Positions 1 to 8,896 of a DNA stretch of 64,000 bases are shown here, piece after piece. Source of the DNA: Patescibacteria group bacterium (GTDB lineage Bacteria > Patescibacteriota > Patescibacteriia > SG8-24 > DYFX01); assembly GCA_041659045.1 (NCBI GenBank), contig JBAZZB010000001.1:326111-390110 (forward strand). Reading direction: 5' to 3'. The notes below the pieces were generated by a model, which had not been told where the DNA came from, ran no database searches, and was given only the letters and a program-made list of their open reading frames with translations. The stretch's first letter is position 1; every line of letters starts with the position of its first letter. The translations under genes were made by a program, and so were the position numbers.

Positions 1-567
1 AAGCAGTGCCTCGTTCGTGAGGATCGACCAAGCGAGCTGATGCAATGCGTTCTGCAGCAGCGCGAGATCTCCCTTGATGTAGGTGAAGCGTGCGCCGGCG
101 ACTTCGGAGCCGGTCTCGTTGTCGATAATACCCAGCGCTTCGCCGAGCGCGACGTGATCTTTGGGCTCAAAATCAAACGTTGTCGGCCCCCCTACTTTTC
201 GAATGACAACGTTACCGGATTCATCGGGACCGATCGGCGTGTCTTCGGATGGAATGTTCGGCAAAGCTTTGAGTAAGAGATCGAGCTCTGCTTCCACTTC
301 CACGAGCGCGGTTTCGGTCGCCTTCATGCCATCTTTGAGCGCGCGCATCTCTTCGACCGCCTTCGACTTCGCATCTGCGTCCGTCTCCTTCGCAATTTTC
401 TCTCCGGCCGTATTCTGCTCGGCGCGCTTTTCTTGAAGCTCGCCGATCAGGCGGCGGCGCTTTTCGTCGATTTCCAAAAGCGCGTCAACGTTCACCGGCG
501 AATTTTTCGCGGCGGCGCCTTTCTTTACGAGGTCGGGGTGTTCGCGGACGAAATTCAGGTCAAGCAT
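1..567 (-). CDS. serS: Seryl-tRNA synthetase, N-terminal part; the gene runs off the window start
   Basis: Manual minus-strand translation from the ATG at 565-567 gives MLDLNFVREHPDLVKKG...LPNIPSEDTPIGPDESGNVVIRKVGGPTTFDFEPKDHVALGEALGIIDNETGSEVAGARFTYIKGDLALLQNALHQ. There is no stop before position 1. This is the typical SerS N-terminal coiled coil and the start of the catalytic core. It is absent from the ORF track because it is truncated at the window edge. Confidence 0.85.
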   Translation of the reverse strand, partial: MLDLNFVREHPDLVKKGAAAKNSPVNVDALLEIDEKRRRLIGELQEKRAEQNTAGEKIAKETDADAKSKAVEEMRALKDGMKATETALVEVEAELDLLLKALPNIPSEDTPIGPDESGNVVIRKVGGPTTFDFEPKDHVALGEALGIIDNETGSEVAGARFTYIKGDLALLQNALHQLAWSILTNEALL

Positions 568-568
568 A

Positions 569-961
569 TCAGCGGTTCAGTATCGAAGATTTGTAGCGTT
601 CAGGTTCAAGGGCTTCCATGCGGAGGATCTTGGCTTCCAAGCCTCGTTCTTTACAGGCTTCTGAAAGTTTGTCGACGAAAGCTTCCTGGTCGTAACCGAG
701 GCAGATCACGTCTGGTCGGATTTGGCCGAGAACGGCGTATTTGTCGGTTTCAGAGCCTAGAATCGCGTCATATCCGGCGGCTTGGACTCCCGCTTGGCGC
801 GCGATTTCGTCGTGCAGCGGAGGCCGACCTTTTACCTTGAGCACCGTCGTGTCGCGAGCGATAACGACCGTGAGGTCGCCGTGCGCGGACGCGGAGTCAA
901 GATAGAATTTGTGGCCAGGATGAAAACCATCGAAGGTGCCGAAGGCAAGAACTTTAGGCAT
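569..961 (-). CDS. Small cytidylyltransferase-like nucleotidyltransferase (TagD/RibL-like, HxGH motif)
   Basis: 130 aa. The N-terminal FGTFDGFHPGH matches the (Y/F)GTFDxxHxGH signature of glycerol-3-phosphate cytidylyltransferase and FAD synthase-type nucleotidyltransferases. The stop abuts the serS start. Confidence 0.6.
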   Translation of the reverse strand: MPKVLAFGTFDGFHPGHKFYLDSASAHGDLTVVIARDTTVLKVKGRPPLHDEIARQAGVQAAGYDAILGSETDKYAVLGQIRPDVICLGYDQEAFVDKLSEACKERGLEAKILRMEALEPERYKSSILNR

Positions 962-1790
962 AGAGCTTCTTGATCAGCGCCGTCATCGTGCGAGGCGTGA
1001 ACTTCGTGCGCGCGTTTGTCGGCGCAACGAGATCGCCGTGCAAGAGCATGCGTTTCGAGTGATGGAAGTACCACTCGTTCTCCGGCTCCTTCGCGCGTAC
1101 GGCCTTCGCAAGATTCGTGAGATCGATCTTCGAACTCGGCGCCGCGCGGACGTGGAGATAGCGGCGCGAGGGATGCTCGAGCACGATGAGTGCATACCCG
1201 AGTTCCGCCGAGATCGTGCTGGCCATGCCGGGCAGCATCGCCGAACGAACGGCAACGCCCTTTCCGTGCTTCGTCGTGAAAACGACTCCGCGCTTGATTG
1301 CGTGCATGGCTTCTTCGCGCTCCTTGTAAAGGCTCAAAAGCGCGTCCATCAATACGAAACCCCAACCGCACGCCATGAGCGAATCTCCGCTCGGCAGTCC
1401 GGCGATCGTCTGCAAAATTTTGGTATCGTTGCGGAAATGCCCTGGTGTACCAATCCCGCTTCCCATGTCGCCGAGACGCACGTCGTCGACCAATGCGGCG
1501 AGCGCCTTTCCTTCTGCGCCGCTCGGAAGTTTCCCTCGGCGCTTCAGATCTTTCCAAATGAGGCTCGTCGCCGAGTCTTTGAGATCGCCTTTATGCTCGT
1601 CGTATTTTCCGCGACCGATACCAACGCCGATTTTTTCGGGAGGCAGCTTTACGCCGCCAGCAGACGTCGGAACGAATTCGATCTCCGCTTTGCGCAGCGA
1701 CGAATCAAAACGCTTCAAAAGCCACAAACCCGCGACGTCGTCGCGGTGCGGGAAGAGATGGGTGACGAGGGTTTTAGGATGTTTGGACAT
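954..1790 (-). CDS. Hypothetical protein, possibly a UPF0160/MYG1-like metal-dependent hydrolase
   Basis: 278 aa. N-terminal THLFPHRDDVAGLWLL and later GVGIGRGKYDEHKGD loosely resemble the HxxxFHxDE and GGxYDxxxxRFDHH motifs of the MYG1/UPF0160 family. The fit is weak. It overlaps lysS by 16 bp and the upstream gene by 8 bp. Confidence 0.4.
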   Translation of the reverse strand: MSKHPKTLVTHLFPHRDDVAGLWLLKRFDSSLRKAEIEFVPTSAGGVKLPPEKIGVGIGRGKYDEHKGDLKDSATSLIWKDLKRRGKLPSGAEGKALAALVDDVRLGDMGSGIGTPGHFRNDTKILQTIAGLPSGDSLMACGWGFVLMDALLSLYKEREEAMHAIKRGVVFTTKHGKGVAVRSAMLPGMASTISAELGYALIVLEHPSRRYLHVRAAPSSKIDLTNLAKAVRAKEPENEWYFHHSKRMLLHGDLVAPTNARTKFTPRTMTALIKKLYA

Positions 1791-3273
1791 CGTCTTCTTG
1801 TACCTGCTGCTCCGGACGCATGGTCGGGAACAGAATGACTTCCTTGATGGAGTGCGCGCCCGTGAGCAGTGCGGTCAGGCGGTCGATGCCCATGCCGAAA
1901 CCGGCCGTGGGCGGCATGCCGTATTTGAGCGCTTCGACGAAGTCGGCGTCGGCCGGCATGGCTTCTTCCGAACCCGCTTCTTTTTTCTGCGCTTCTTCCA
2001 TGAAGCGCGCTTCTTGTTCGAGCGGATCGTTCAGCTCGTTGTAGGCCTTCGTGACCTCGATGCCTTGAACGAGAAGTTGGACCGAGGCGATACGATCCGG
2101 TTGATCGGGCTTCCGCTTGGCGAGCGGAATCATCTCGGCAGGATAGTCGATAACGAACGTCGGCTGGACGATCTTCGGGCGCACGTACGTTTTATAGAGC
2201 GCGTCGACGCACTCGCCAAAACCATGCAGGTTCTCTGCATCGATTTTCAAATTCTTTTCGGAGAGCGCTTTTTTAAGCGTCTGCTCGTCGCGCACCTGCT
2301 CGAGATCGATGCCAGTCCCCTCTTTGACGAGATCATAAAACTTTCGGCGCGGATACGGGCCACTGAAATCGAGTGTCGTACCGTCGCGCTCGACGGTCAT
2401 CTTGCCGCCTTGCGTCGCCGAAACGATTCCGGAGACGAGGCGCTCGGTCAGATCCATGAGGTTCTCGTAGTTCGCGTAGGCCCAGTAGAATTCAACCTGC
2501 GTGAATTCAGGGTTGTGCTGAAAGCTGATGCCTTCGTTGCGGAAACAGCGCGCAACTTCGAAAACTTTTTCGAATCCACCGACGATCAAACGCTTGAGGA
2601 AAAGTTCCGGTGCGATGCGCAGCTGCAGATCGAGATCGAGCGCGTTGTGATGCGTGGTGAACGGTCGCGCCGCGGCGCCGCCGGCCTGCGTTTGCAGAAT
2701 CGGCGTCTCGACTTCCATAAAACCTTCCGCGTGGAGGAAATCGCGGATCGTGCGGACAATCAAGCTACGCGTGCGGAAAATGCCGCGCACCTCTTCGTTC
2801 GCGATCAGGTCGAGATGACGCTTGCGATAGCGGATTTCGACGTCCGACAAACCGTGCCACTTTTCCGGCATGGGAAGAAGCGCTTTCGAGAGCACGCGCC
2901 ACGAACGCGCTTCGAGCGTTTTTTCGCCGCGCTTCGTGAGGAACACGACACCTTCGGCTTCGATGAAATCGCCAAGATCAATTGCAGCGGTGAATTTTTC
3001 AAACGATTCCTGGCCGATCGTATCGAGTTTGAGATGTAGCTGGAGTTTTCCGGATTCATCGGCCAGGTCGGCAAAGGCTGCTCCTCCGTGCGTACGAACG
3101 GCGCGGACGCGACCGCAGAGCGTGACGGTCTTCTGTTCGGCGCTCAGCGCATCAAAATGCGAGACGACTTGGGCGCACGTCATCGTACGATGCGCGTTGG
3201 CCGGATAGGGATCCGTGCCTGCCACGCGCAGATTCTTCGCTTTGTCTCGTCGAACGATTTCCTCTTCGAGCAT
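1774..3273 (-). CDS. lysS: Lysyl-tRNA synthetase, class II
   Basis: The OB-fold anticodon-binding region and class II core are present (FRNEGISFQHNPEFTQVEFYWAY, GFGMGIDRLTALLTG). The true start is probably the internal Met MLEEEIVRRDKAKNLRVAGTDPYP, with ATG at 3271-3273, immediately after the greA stop (TGAtATG). The longer listed ORF has a basic N-extension that is probably an artefact. Confidence 0.9.
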   Translation of the reverse strand: MLEEEIVRRDKAKNLRVAGTDPYPANAHRTMTCAQVVSHFDALSAEQKTVTLCGRVRAVRTHGGAAFADLADESGKLQLHLKLDTIGQESFEKFTAAIDLGDFIEAEGVVFLTKRGEKTLEARSWRVLSKALLPMPEKWHGLSDVEIRYRKRHLDLIANEEVRGIFRTRSLIVRTIRDFLHAEGFMEVETPILQTQAGGAAARPFTTHHNALDLDLQLRIAPELFLKRLIVGGFEKVFEVARCFRNEGISFQHNPEFTQVEFYWAYANYENLMDLTERLVSGIVSATQGGKMTVERDGTTLDFSGPYPRRKFYDLVKEGTGIDLEQVRDEQTLKKALSEKNLKIDAENLHGFGECVDALYKTYVRPKIVQPTFVIDYPAEMIPLAKRKPDQPDRIASVQLLVQGIEVTKAYNELNDPLEQEARFMEEAQKKEAGSEEAMPADADFVEALKYGMPPTAGFGMGIDRLTALLTGAHSIKEVILFPTMRPEQQVQEDDVQTS

Positions 3274-3274
3274 A

Positions 3275-3736
3275 TCAGCAAGTGATGTCCAGAATTTCGT
3301 AGGTCGTCGTGGAGCCGTTTGGCATGACGTTGTCGAACTTCTCTCCTTTTTTGCGGCCAAGAAGCGCGGTGCCGATCGGCGACTCGTTCGAGATCTTGCC
3401 GATGGTTGGATCGGATTCTTTGGGACCAACAATGTGATACTCCTTTTCCTTCTCACCGGCTTTGCAGCGCACGTGGCAACCGACGTTTACGACTTCCGTA
3501 GAAGTGGGGGCAGAGACGACAGCGCGCGCCAAGAAACTTTCGAGCTCCTGAATGCGCCCCTCCATGAAGGCAAGCGCGTCTTTGGCATCGTGGTACTCGG
3601 CGTTCTCGGACAGGTCGCCCAAGTCCTTGGCTTTGGCGATGCGGTCCGCGATCTCAAAACGACGGACGCTTTTGAGCTCATGAAGCTCCGCGCGCATCGT
3701 CTCGAGGCCCTCTTTTGTGGTGATGTATGACTTCAT
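3275..3736 (-). CDS. greA: Transcription elongation factor GreA
   Basis: MKSYITTKEGLETMRAELHELKSV... gives a GreA N-terminal coiled coil with DLSENAEYHDAKD and a C-terminal FKBP-like domain. Length is about 153 aa. Confidence 0.85.
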   Translation of the reverse strand: MKSYITTKEGLETMRAELHELKSVRRFEIADRIAKAKDLGDLSENAEYHDAKDALAFMEGRIQELESFLARAVVSAPTSTEVVNVGCHVRCKAGEKEKEYHIVGPKESDPTIGKISNESPIGTALLGRKKGEKFDNVMPNGSTTTYEILDITC

Positions 3737-3769
3737 AAAATCCGGTCGCAAAGCGATCGTTTGTTACGC

Positions 3770-5794
3770 CTAGTATAGGCCGCTTGAAGTCGCCGCGTCA
3801 ATCGGATTTGAGGCCGCCTCCGGGCTGGCTGCCGACCCGTTTTTTGGGCGCATCCATGCCTCGATAATGTCCCTGGCGACGGGGGCTGAGGCGCGTGAGC
3901 CCTCGCCACCAGCTTCTACGAGGACGACGACGACGATTTCAGGGTCGTTATAAGGGGCAAACCCAGCAAACCAGGCGTGGGTCGGCTTATTTGAGCTCCA
4001 CTGGGCGGTACCTGTTTTACCGGCGATCTCGACGAACGAGGTTTTGAGGCCTTGGGCCGAGCCGGCCAGGACGGTCTGTCGCATGCCGTGCCGTACGACG
4101 TCGACGATGTCTTTGGAGACAACGCCTTTCACGATCGGTTCCGGCGCGTGCTTTTCGATGGTCTTGTCGGAGCGTATTTGTTTTACGACGTGTGGCCGCA
4201 CAATATCGCCGCCGTTGGCGAAGGCGGCGGTCCAGGCCGCCACCTGAAGCGGTGTCGACGTCATGTCACCTTGGCCGATCGCGACGTGGTAAGTGTCACC
4301 GATATACCAGACCTCGTCCTTCACGCGTTCTTTCCAAGCACTGTCCGGTACAAAGCCGGCCGCTTCGCTCGGAAGGTCGATGCCCAGCTTGGTACCGATG
4401 CCGAATTTGCGATACCAGGAAGCCAGGCGTTCGATTCCAAGACCTTCGATGCGATCCCAACCGCCACCAACCGCGTAGAAAAACGTGTTGACGGACTCAG
4501 CAATCGCCTTCGTAACGTTGGTCGTACCGTGGCCGCCGTTCTTCCAGTCTGGAAAGAACCACGCGCCGAAATGAATACCGCCAGTTGAGAGAACGGTCGT
4601 CGACGGCGAAACAACACCTTCGGCCAATGCGGCGGCGGCAACGATGGTTTTGATGGTCGAGCCTGGAGGAAACGCTCCGGCGACGGCGCGTGGGAAAAGC
4701 GGTTGGTTCGTATCTTGCAGCAGTGCTTGGTACTCCTTGTTTGAGATGCCGCGCGCAAAGAGGTTCGCGTCGTAGGCGGGCCAGCTGACGAGTGCCAAGA
4801 TCTCTCCGTTACGCGGATCCATGGCGACAACAGAGCCTCGTCCGAGTCCGTTTCTTGCCGCTGAATTTTTCAGAGCGGTTTCTGCTGCTGCTTGAAGCTT
4901 GGCGTCGATCGTAAGCGTGATGTCCATGCCTTGAACCGGCTCATCAGCGGCCAAAACTTTTTGTTCGCGACCAAAGGCGTCTACCTCGATCTGCTTTTTA
5001 CCGTAGGTGCCGCGCAGCTCGCGCTCGTAGAAGGCTTCGATGCCCGTTTTACCAATGGCGTCGGTTGGTAAATACCCCGAAGACTTGAGTCGCGAATACT
5101 CAGCCTCGTTGATGCGACCTTCGTAGCCGATCACGTGCGAAAGACTCATGATCGGCTCTTTGGCGCCCTCAGGTTTCAAGAGAATTTCGCGCTTTGTGCC
5201 CGCACCGAGCGCGACGCCCGTCATGCGACCGCTTTGGATATCGAGCTTGAGCGCCTGTTCGTAGTCGAGGTGCTCCTTGATCGGCACGGGTGAGGCAAGG
5301 TTCGCTGGGTAGTTGCGCAGGCTTTTTTCGACATCGACCGGCGTCAATCCAACAGCCTCTGCTAGCTGCACGATGAGCTGCTCGCGCGCTTCCGTGTCGC
5401 GCGGCACGTCTGCCGGCGTTACCGTCAATGTAAAATCCGGGACGTTGCGAACAAGAAGTGTGCCGTTGCGGTCATAGATTACGCCGCGTTCAGAAGGAAC
5501 GGCGGCGATACGCAAGCGGTTTCCCTCGGCTTGCTGTCGATACTCCGCGCCCTTTACAAGATCAAGATATCCCGCGCGAGCGCCAAGTGTGGCGAGCATG
5601 AGAAAGAAAACGATAAAAGAGATCTTCAGCTTTCGCGAGGTTAAAGAGGGGCCGATATACCCGTGATGGCCGAGGGGCTGCTCTTCAAACGGCTGACCGA
5701 TCGGTCCGCCCGACGATTCGTCAATCGTGGGAATCGCCTGATCGATCTCGCCGTGTCCGAGGCCTTCGACGTCAGGAAAAAGCGTGCGGGGCAT
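3770..5794 (-). CDS. mrdA: Penicillin-binding protein 2 (elongasome transpeptidase)
   Basis: It has an N-terminal TM segment and a PBP dimerisation domain. The transpeptidase motifs are STIK (SxxK), SVN and KTGTA. It sits directly downstream of mreBCD. The start was chosen at the internal MPRTLFPDV; the longer ORF overlaps mreD. Confidence 0.85.
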   Translation of the reverse strand: MPRTLFPDVEGLGHGEIDQAIPTIDESSGGPIGQPFEEQPLGHHGYIGPSLTSRKLKISFIVFFLMLATLGARAGYLDLVKGAEYRQQAEGNRLRIAAVPSERGVIYDRNGTLLVRNVPDFTLTVTPADVPRDTEAREQLIVQLAEAVGLTPVDVEKSLRNYPANLASPVPIKEHLDYEQALKLDIQSGRMTGVALGAGTKREILLKPEGAKEPIMSLSHVIGYEGRINEAEYSRLKSSGYLPTDAIGKTGIEAFYERELRGTYGKKQIEVDAFGREQKVLAADEPVQGMDITLTIDAKLQAAAETALKNSAARNGLGRGSVVAMDPRNGEILALVSWPAYDANLFARGISNKEYQALLQDTNQPLFPRAVAGAFPPGSTIKTIVAAAALAEGVVSPSTTVLSTGGIHFGAWFFPDWKNGGHGTTNVTKAIAESVNTFFYAVGGGWDRIEGLGIERLASWYRKFGIGTKLGIDLPSEAAGFVPDSAWKERVKDEVWYIGDTYHVAIGQGDMTSTPLQVAAWTAAFANGGDIVRPHVVKQIRSDKTIEKHAPEPIVKGVVSKDIVDVVRHGMRQTVLAGSAQGLKTSFVEIAGKTGTAQWSSNKPTHAWFAGFAPYNDPEIVVVVLVEAGGEGSRASAPVARDIIEAWMRPKNGSAASPEAASNPIDAATSSGLY

Positions 5795-6314
5795 GCGAGA
5801 GGAAAGTTTGTCTGTAACGGCGGCTGAGCATGTTCTCGACGCCGACGAGGAGCAGGAGTGCTCCACCGGCGACGATACCTTGGCGGACCGGCGCCAAAAT
5901 AGAAGCGGCGGAAAGATCGATCAAGATCGGCACGCCGCCGAACAGAACGTTGACGCCGTCGAGTGCCGAGAGCGTGAACCAATGAATGATTGCGGTGGCA
6001 GCACCGATCAGGAAGAGCGCGAGGGTTCCGGTGTTCGTAACGACGCGTTGGAAAAGAAAACGGGCGGCGAAAAACGCGACAAACAGCGCGAAGAGTTCCG
6101 AGCCAAAGCCGAGGAGGCCATGCATGTCGAGCACAATGCCGCCGATGAGCGCCCAGCCGGACGAAAGGAGTGGGCGGTCACGCACGATGCCGTACGCGAT
6201 CGCAATGATGGGCAAAGAAAGAGCTGAAAACGGAAACGGTAGTTGCGACAAGAAGCTGATTTGTACGATCGTGGCGAAGATGGCAATCGTGCCGTGAAGC
6301 AAAACCTTCCACAT
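5772..6314 (-). CDS. mreD: Rod shape-determining protein MreD
   Basis: Polytopic membrane protein of about 180 aa between mreC and PBP2. The start was chosen at MWKVLLHG, overlapping the mreC stop. Confidence 0.65.
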   Translation of the reverse strand: MWKVLLHGTIAIFATIVQISFLSQLPFPFSALSLPIIAIAYGIVRDRPLLSSGWALIGGIVLDMHGLLGFGSELFALFVAFFAARFLFQRVVTNTGTLALFLIGAATAIIHWFTLSALDGVNVLFGGVPILIDLSAASILAPVRQGIVAGGALLLLVGVENMLSRRYRQTFLSHAPHAFS

Positions 6315-6315
6315 A

Positions 6316-7116
6316 TCAGGGAAATGGAATCGCGACGACATCGAGGCGATCGAGCGCGATCGGTGACGAAATCGTAGCGGTTTTGAAAGGGCTCTTCTCC
6401 TGAGTTTCTACGGCCGTGATGCGTCCGATCAATAGACCTCTCGGCGTCATGGGTTCGATGCCGGAGGTGATGATCATATCACCCGTCGTCAGCTCTTCGT
6501 TCTGAGGGATGAGCCGCATTTCCAAGCTCAGTCCTCGCTTGCCTTGGACAACGCCTTGCGTGCGCACGGAGTTTTGAACGGAAGCGCCAACGCGGCTGCG
6601 CGTGTCAGTCAAAAGAAGTGCGATGGACGTCGTGCGCTCGGCTTTGAAAATTTTTCCAATTAAAACGCCATCGGCGGCCACAACCGGCATGTCCGGGGCG
6701 ACACCGTCATCGGTGCCACGATCAAGCAAAATCGTATGCGTACCGGCTTCCGGCGTACGTGCCAGTACGCGCGCTACGACGGGAGTTTTTTTCTGCTGCT
6801 TGGCGTATCCCAAAAGCTTTTCCAGCTCTTCGTTCTCTTCCTGCACGGTCGTAAGCCGGGCGACCTCAACAGACAAGTCAGCATTTTCCGCGCGTAACGC
6901 GTCGTTTTCATTCAAGACAGCGTTGATGCGAAATGGCGCGCTGATGGCCGCACGAAGCGATCGTCCGGCCTCGGCAAGTTTGGCTTCCTGTCCTGAAAGT
7001 TTCTTGAGCGTCCAGGCCTCTGCGTTAGCCGTTGCGCCGAGGAGGTGCAAGAAAAAAAGCAAGCCGCCCGCGGCGACGATCAAAATGATCAGGCGGGATC
7101 GGGCGACGGGTGTCAT
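6316..7116 (-). CDS. mreC: Rod shape-determining protein MreC
   Basis: N-terminal TM segment, a coiled coil and a C-terminal beta domain (GDMIITSGIEPMTPRGLLIGRI). It lies between mreB and mreD. Confidence 0.85.
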   Translation of the reverse strand: MTPVARSRLIILIVAAGGLLFFLHLLGATANAEAWTLKKLSGQEAKLAEAGRSLRAAISAPFRINAVLNENDALRAENADLSVEVARLTTVQEENEELEKLLGYAKQQKKTPVVARVLARTPEAGTHTILLDRGTDDGVAPDMPVVAADGVLIGKIFKAERTTSIALLLTDTRSRVGASVQNSVRTQGVVQGKRGLSLEMRLIPQNEELTTGDMIITSGIEPMTPRGLLIGRITAVETQEKSPFKTATISSPIALDRLDVVAIPFP

Positions 7117-7118
7117 CG

Positions 7119-8171
7119 TTAGGCCCTAGTGTTTTCCGAAGCCGACGGGAGCGCGATGGTGCGGAGGAGCTCGGGGCTTTCGAGCAGCATGCCCGTGCCA
7201 CGGACGACACAGGTGAGCGGATCATCCGCAATGCGGACCGGAATTTCGGCGGCTTTGGAGATGACCTTGTCGAGCTCTTTGAGCAAGGCTCCCCCGCCGG
7301 TCAAGATAATGCCGCGTTCGTAGATATCGGCGACAAGTTCCGGTGGCGTCTGTTCGAGCGTCGCTTTGATGTTTTCAACAATAGAGCGCATCGAACGGTA
7401 GATGGCTTCGCGGATTTGCGCGTCAGTGACAATAATTTCCTTCGGCAAACCCGTCAGAAGATCGCGTCCACGCATTTCGATTTCAAGCGGTGTTTCCAAT
7501 TCTGCGGCGGAACCGATCGCGCATTTGATCGTTTCAGCAGCATGTTCGCCAAGAAGCAGGTTAAACGTATCGCGCGCGTACTGAACAATGTTTTTGTTCA
7601 TTTCATCACCGGCGATAGCCAACGATTTCCAGGTGACGACGCCGCGCAGCGAGATGACAGCAATCTCCGTTTTACCGCCGCCGATGTCGACCACCATGTT
7701 GCCGATCGCCTCTTCGATCGGAAGACGCGCGCCGATTGCGGCTGCCATCGGACTTTCGATCAAGAAGACTTCGCGAGCACCAGCGGACAAGGCGGCGTCT
7801 TCGACGGCTTTGCGTTCGACTTCCGTGATTTCGAGCGGCACGCCGATCACGATGCGCGGACGTGGCACAACGGTGAAGCCGTCATGGTGCACTTTCTCGA
7901 TAAAGTAGCGCAGCATTTTTTCGGTCACTTCAAAATCCGAAATAATGCCCTTTGAGAGAGGGCGAGCTGTGATGATGTGAGATGGCGTCTTGCCGACCAT
8001 CTCCTTTGCTTCTTTGCCGACAGCCAAAATCTGGTTCGTGCGCGTGTTGATGGCCACGACCGACGGTTCGTTGATGACGATCCCCTTTTCTTTGACAAAA
8101 ACGCGCGTCGAGGACGTGCCGAGATCGATACCGAGATCCTTTGAAAATCGCCCGAAAAGGCTGTTCAGCAT
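7119..8171 (-). CDS. mreB: Rod shape-determining protein MreB (actin homologue)
   Basis: MLNSLFGRFSKDLGIDLGTSSTRVFVKEKGIVINEPSVVAI plus actin-fold phosphate and adenosine motifs. 350 aa. Confidence 0.95.
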   Translation of the reverse strand: MLNSLFGRFSKDLGIDLGTSSTRVFVKEKGIVINEPSVVAINTRTNQILAVGKEAKEMVGKTPSHIITARPLSKGIISDFEVTEKMLRYFIEKVHHDGFTVVPRPRIVIGVPLEITEVERKAVEDAALSAGAREVFLIESPMAAAIGARLPIEEAIGNMVVDIGGGKTEIAVISLRGVVTWKSLAIAGDEMNKNIVQYARDTFNLLLGEHAAETIKCAIGSAAELETPLEIEMRGRDLLTGLPKEIIVTDAQIREAIYRSMRSIVENIKATLEQTPPELVADIYERGIILTGGGALLKELDKVISKAAEIPVRIADDPLTCVVRGTGMLLESPELLRTIALPSASENTRA

Positions 8172-8202
8172 AGGGTGTGGATAAGGATGCTACCCTACCA
8201 TA

Positions 8203-8583
8203 CTAACGACCCGAACGAAAGGAAATCAGGAAGAATTCCAGGACGATCAGGGTACCGGCGAACAGGAGGAGGTTCCACCAGGTCAGAATGATGCGGGATT
8301 GAAGAATCAGGGCTCCAACGACCAAGACCGTCAGGAGCAGGCTTTGGCGGAACGAGATGGCAATATGACGCGTGGCGGCTTCGTGGCGGCGCAGGATGGC
8401 TCGGAAGAGCATTCCGAGGACCGAGAAGGTGCCGATCAGCGCCAAGGAGAGCGCCGCATAGAAAAGAAGCAGGCCAAGAACTCCTCCTTCGAGAGGATCA
8501 ACGATACTCACAATGGAAAACACACCGAGCCAGCAGAGCGCGGTTGAGATCGCCATCCAGAAAAGGTATTGGCGGAAGGTCAT
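8203..8583 (-). CDS. Hypothetical small membrane protein (about 4 TM)
   Basis: 126 aa, hydrophobic, no recognisable motif. It lies immediately upstream of mreB. Confidence 0.45.
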   Translation of the reverse strand: MTFRQYLFWMAISTALCWLGVFSIVSIVDPLEGGVLGLLLFYAALSLALIGTFSVLGMLFRAILRRHEAATRHIAISFRQSLLLTVLVVGALILQSRIILTWWNLLLFAGTLIVLEFFLISFRSGR

Positions 8584-8595
8584 GCGCCTATTGTA

Positions 8596-8889
8596 TCACC
8601 GCCACGGGGAGAGAAGGAACTGGATTCTTTCGCCACCCGCTTCTTTCATTGTGCCAAGGAGTGTCTCTTCATTCTTTCGGAGAATCGCGGCGACACTTGC
8701 AGACTTGCAGGCGACCGTCAGTGTTCCGTCGGCGAAACGCAGGACCTTAAACCCTGGCTCATCGCCCACCGGCAAAAAAGTGCGCGCTGCCTCTTCAAAC
8801 GTCAAAGAAACGCGGGCACGAGCCACTTTCGGGGCCATGCCGTTTTTTTTGACGGTTTCGGGAAGGATGTGTCCGATCGGGGTAAACAT
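8596..8889 (-). CDS. DUF721/DciA-like protein (putative replicative-helicase loader family)
   Basis: The internal start MFTPIGHILPE... gives about 98 aa with a C-terminal segment FADGTLTVACKSASVAAILRKNEETLL that resembles the DUF721 pattern. The longer listed ORF has a basic extension and runs into the uvrD-like stop. Confidence 0.45.
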   Translation of the reverse strand: MFTPIGHILPETVKKNGMAPKVARARVSLTFEEAARTFLPVGDEPGFKVLRFADGTLTVACKSASVAAILRKNEETLLGTMKEAGGERIQFLLSPWR

Positions 8890-8896
8890 GGGTCCT

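Noticed and set aside
832-3039. Long ORFs antisense to real genes (832-1557, 936-1838 and 1375-3039), and similar cases elsewhere (7110-7955, 9965-10690, 15139-16104, 19562-20965, 25518-26261, 40779-42422, 45257-46279).
   Set aside because: Their translations are Arg/Ala/Ser-rich, low-complexity and without motifs. They are shadow ORFs of strongly supported genes on the opposite strand in a GC-rich sequence.
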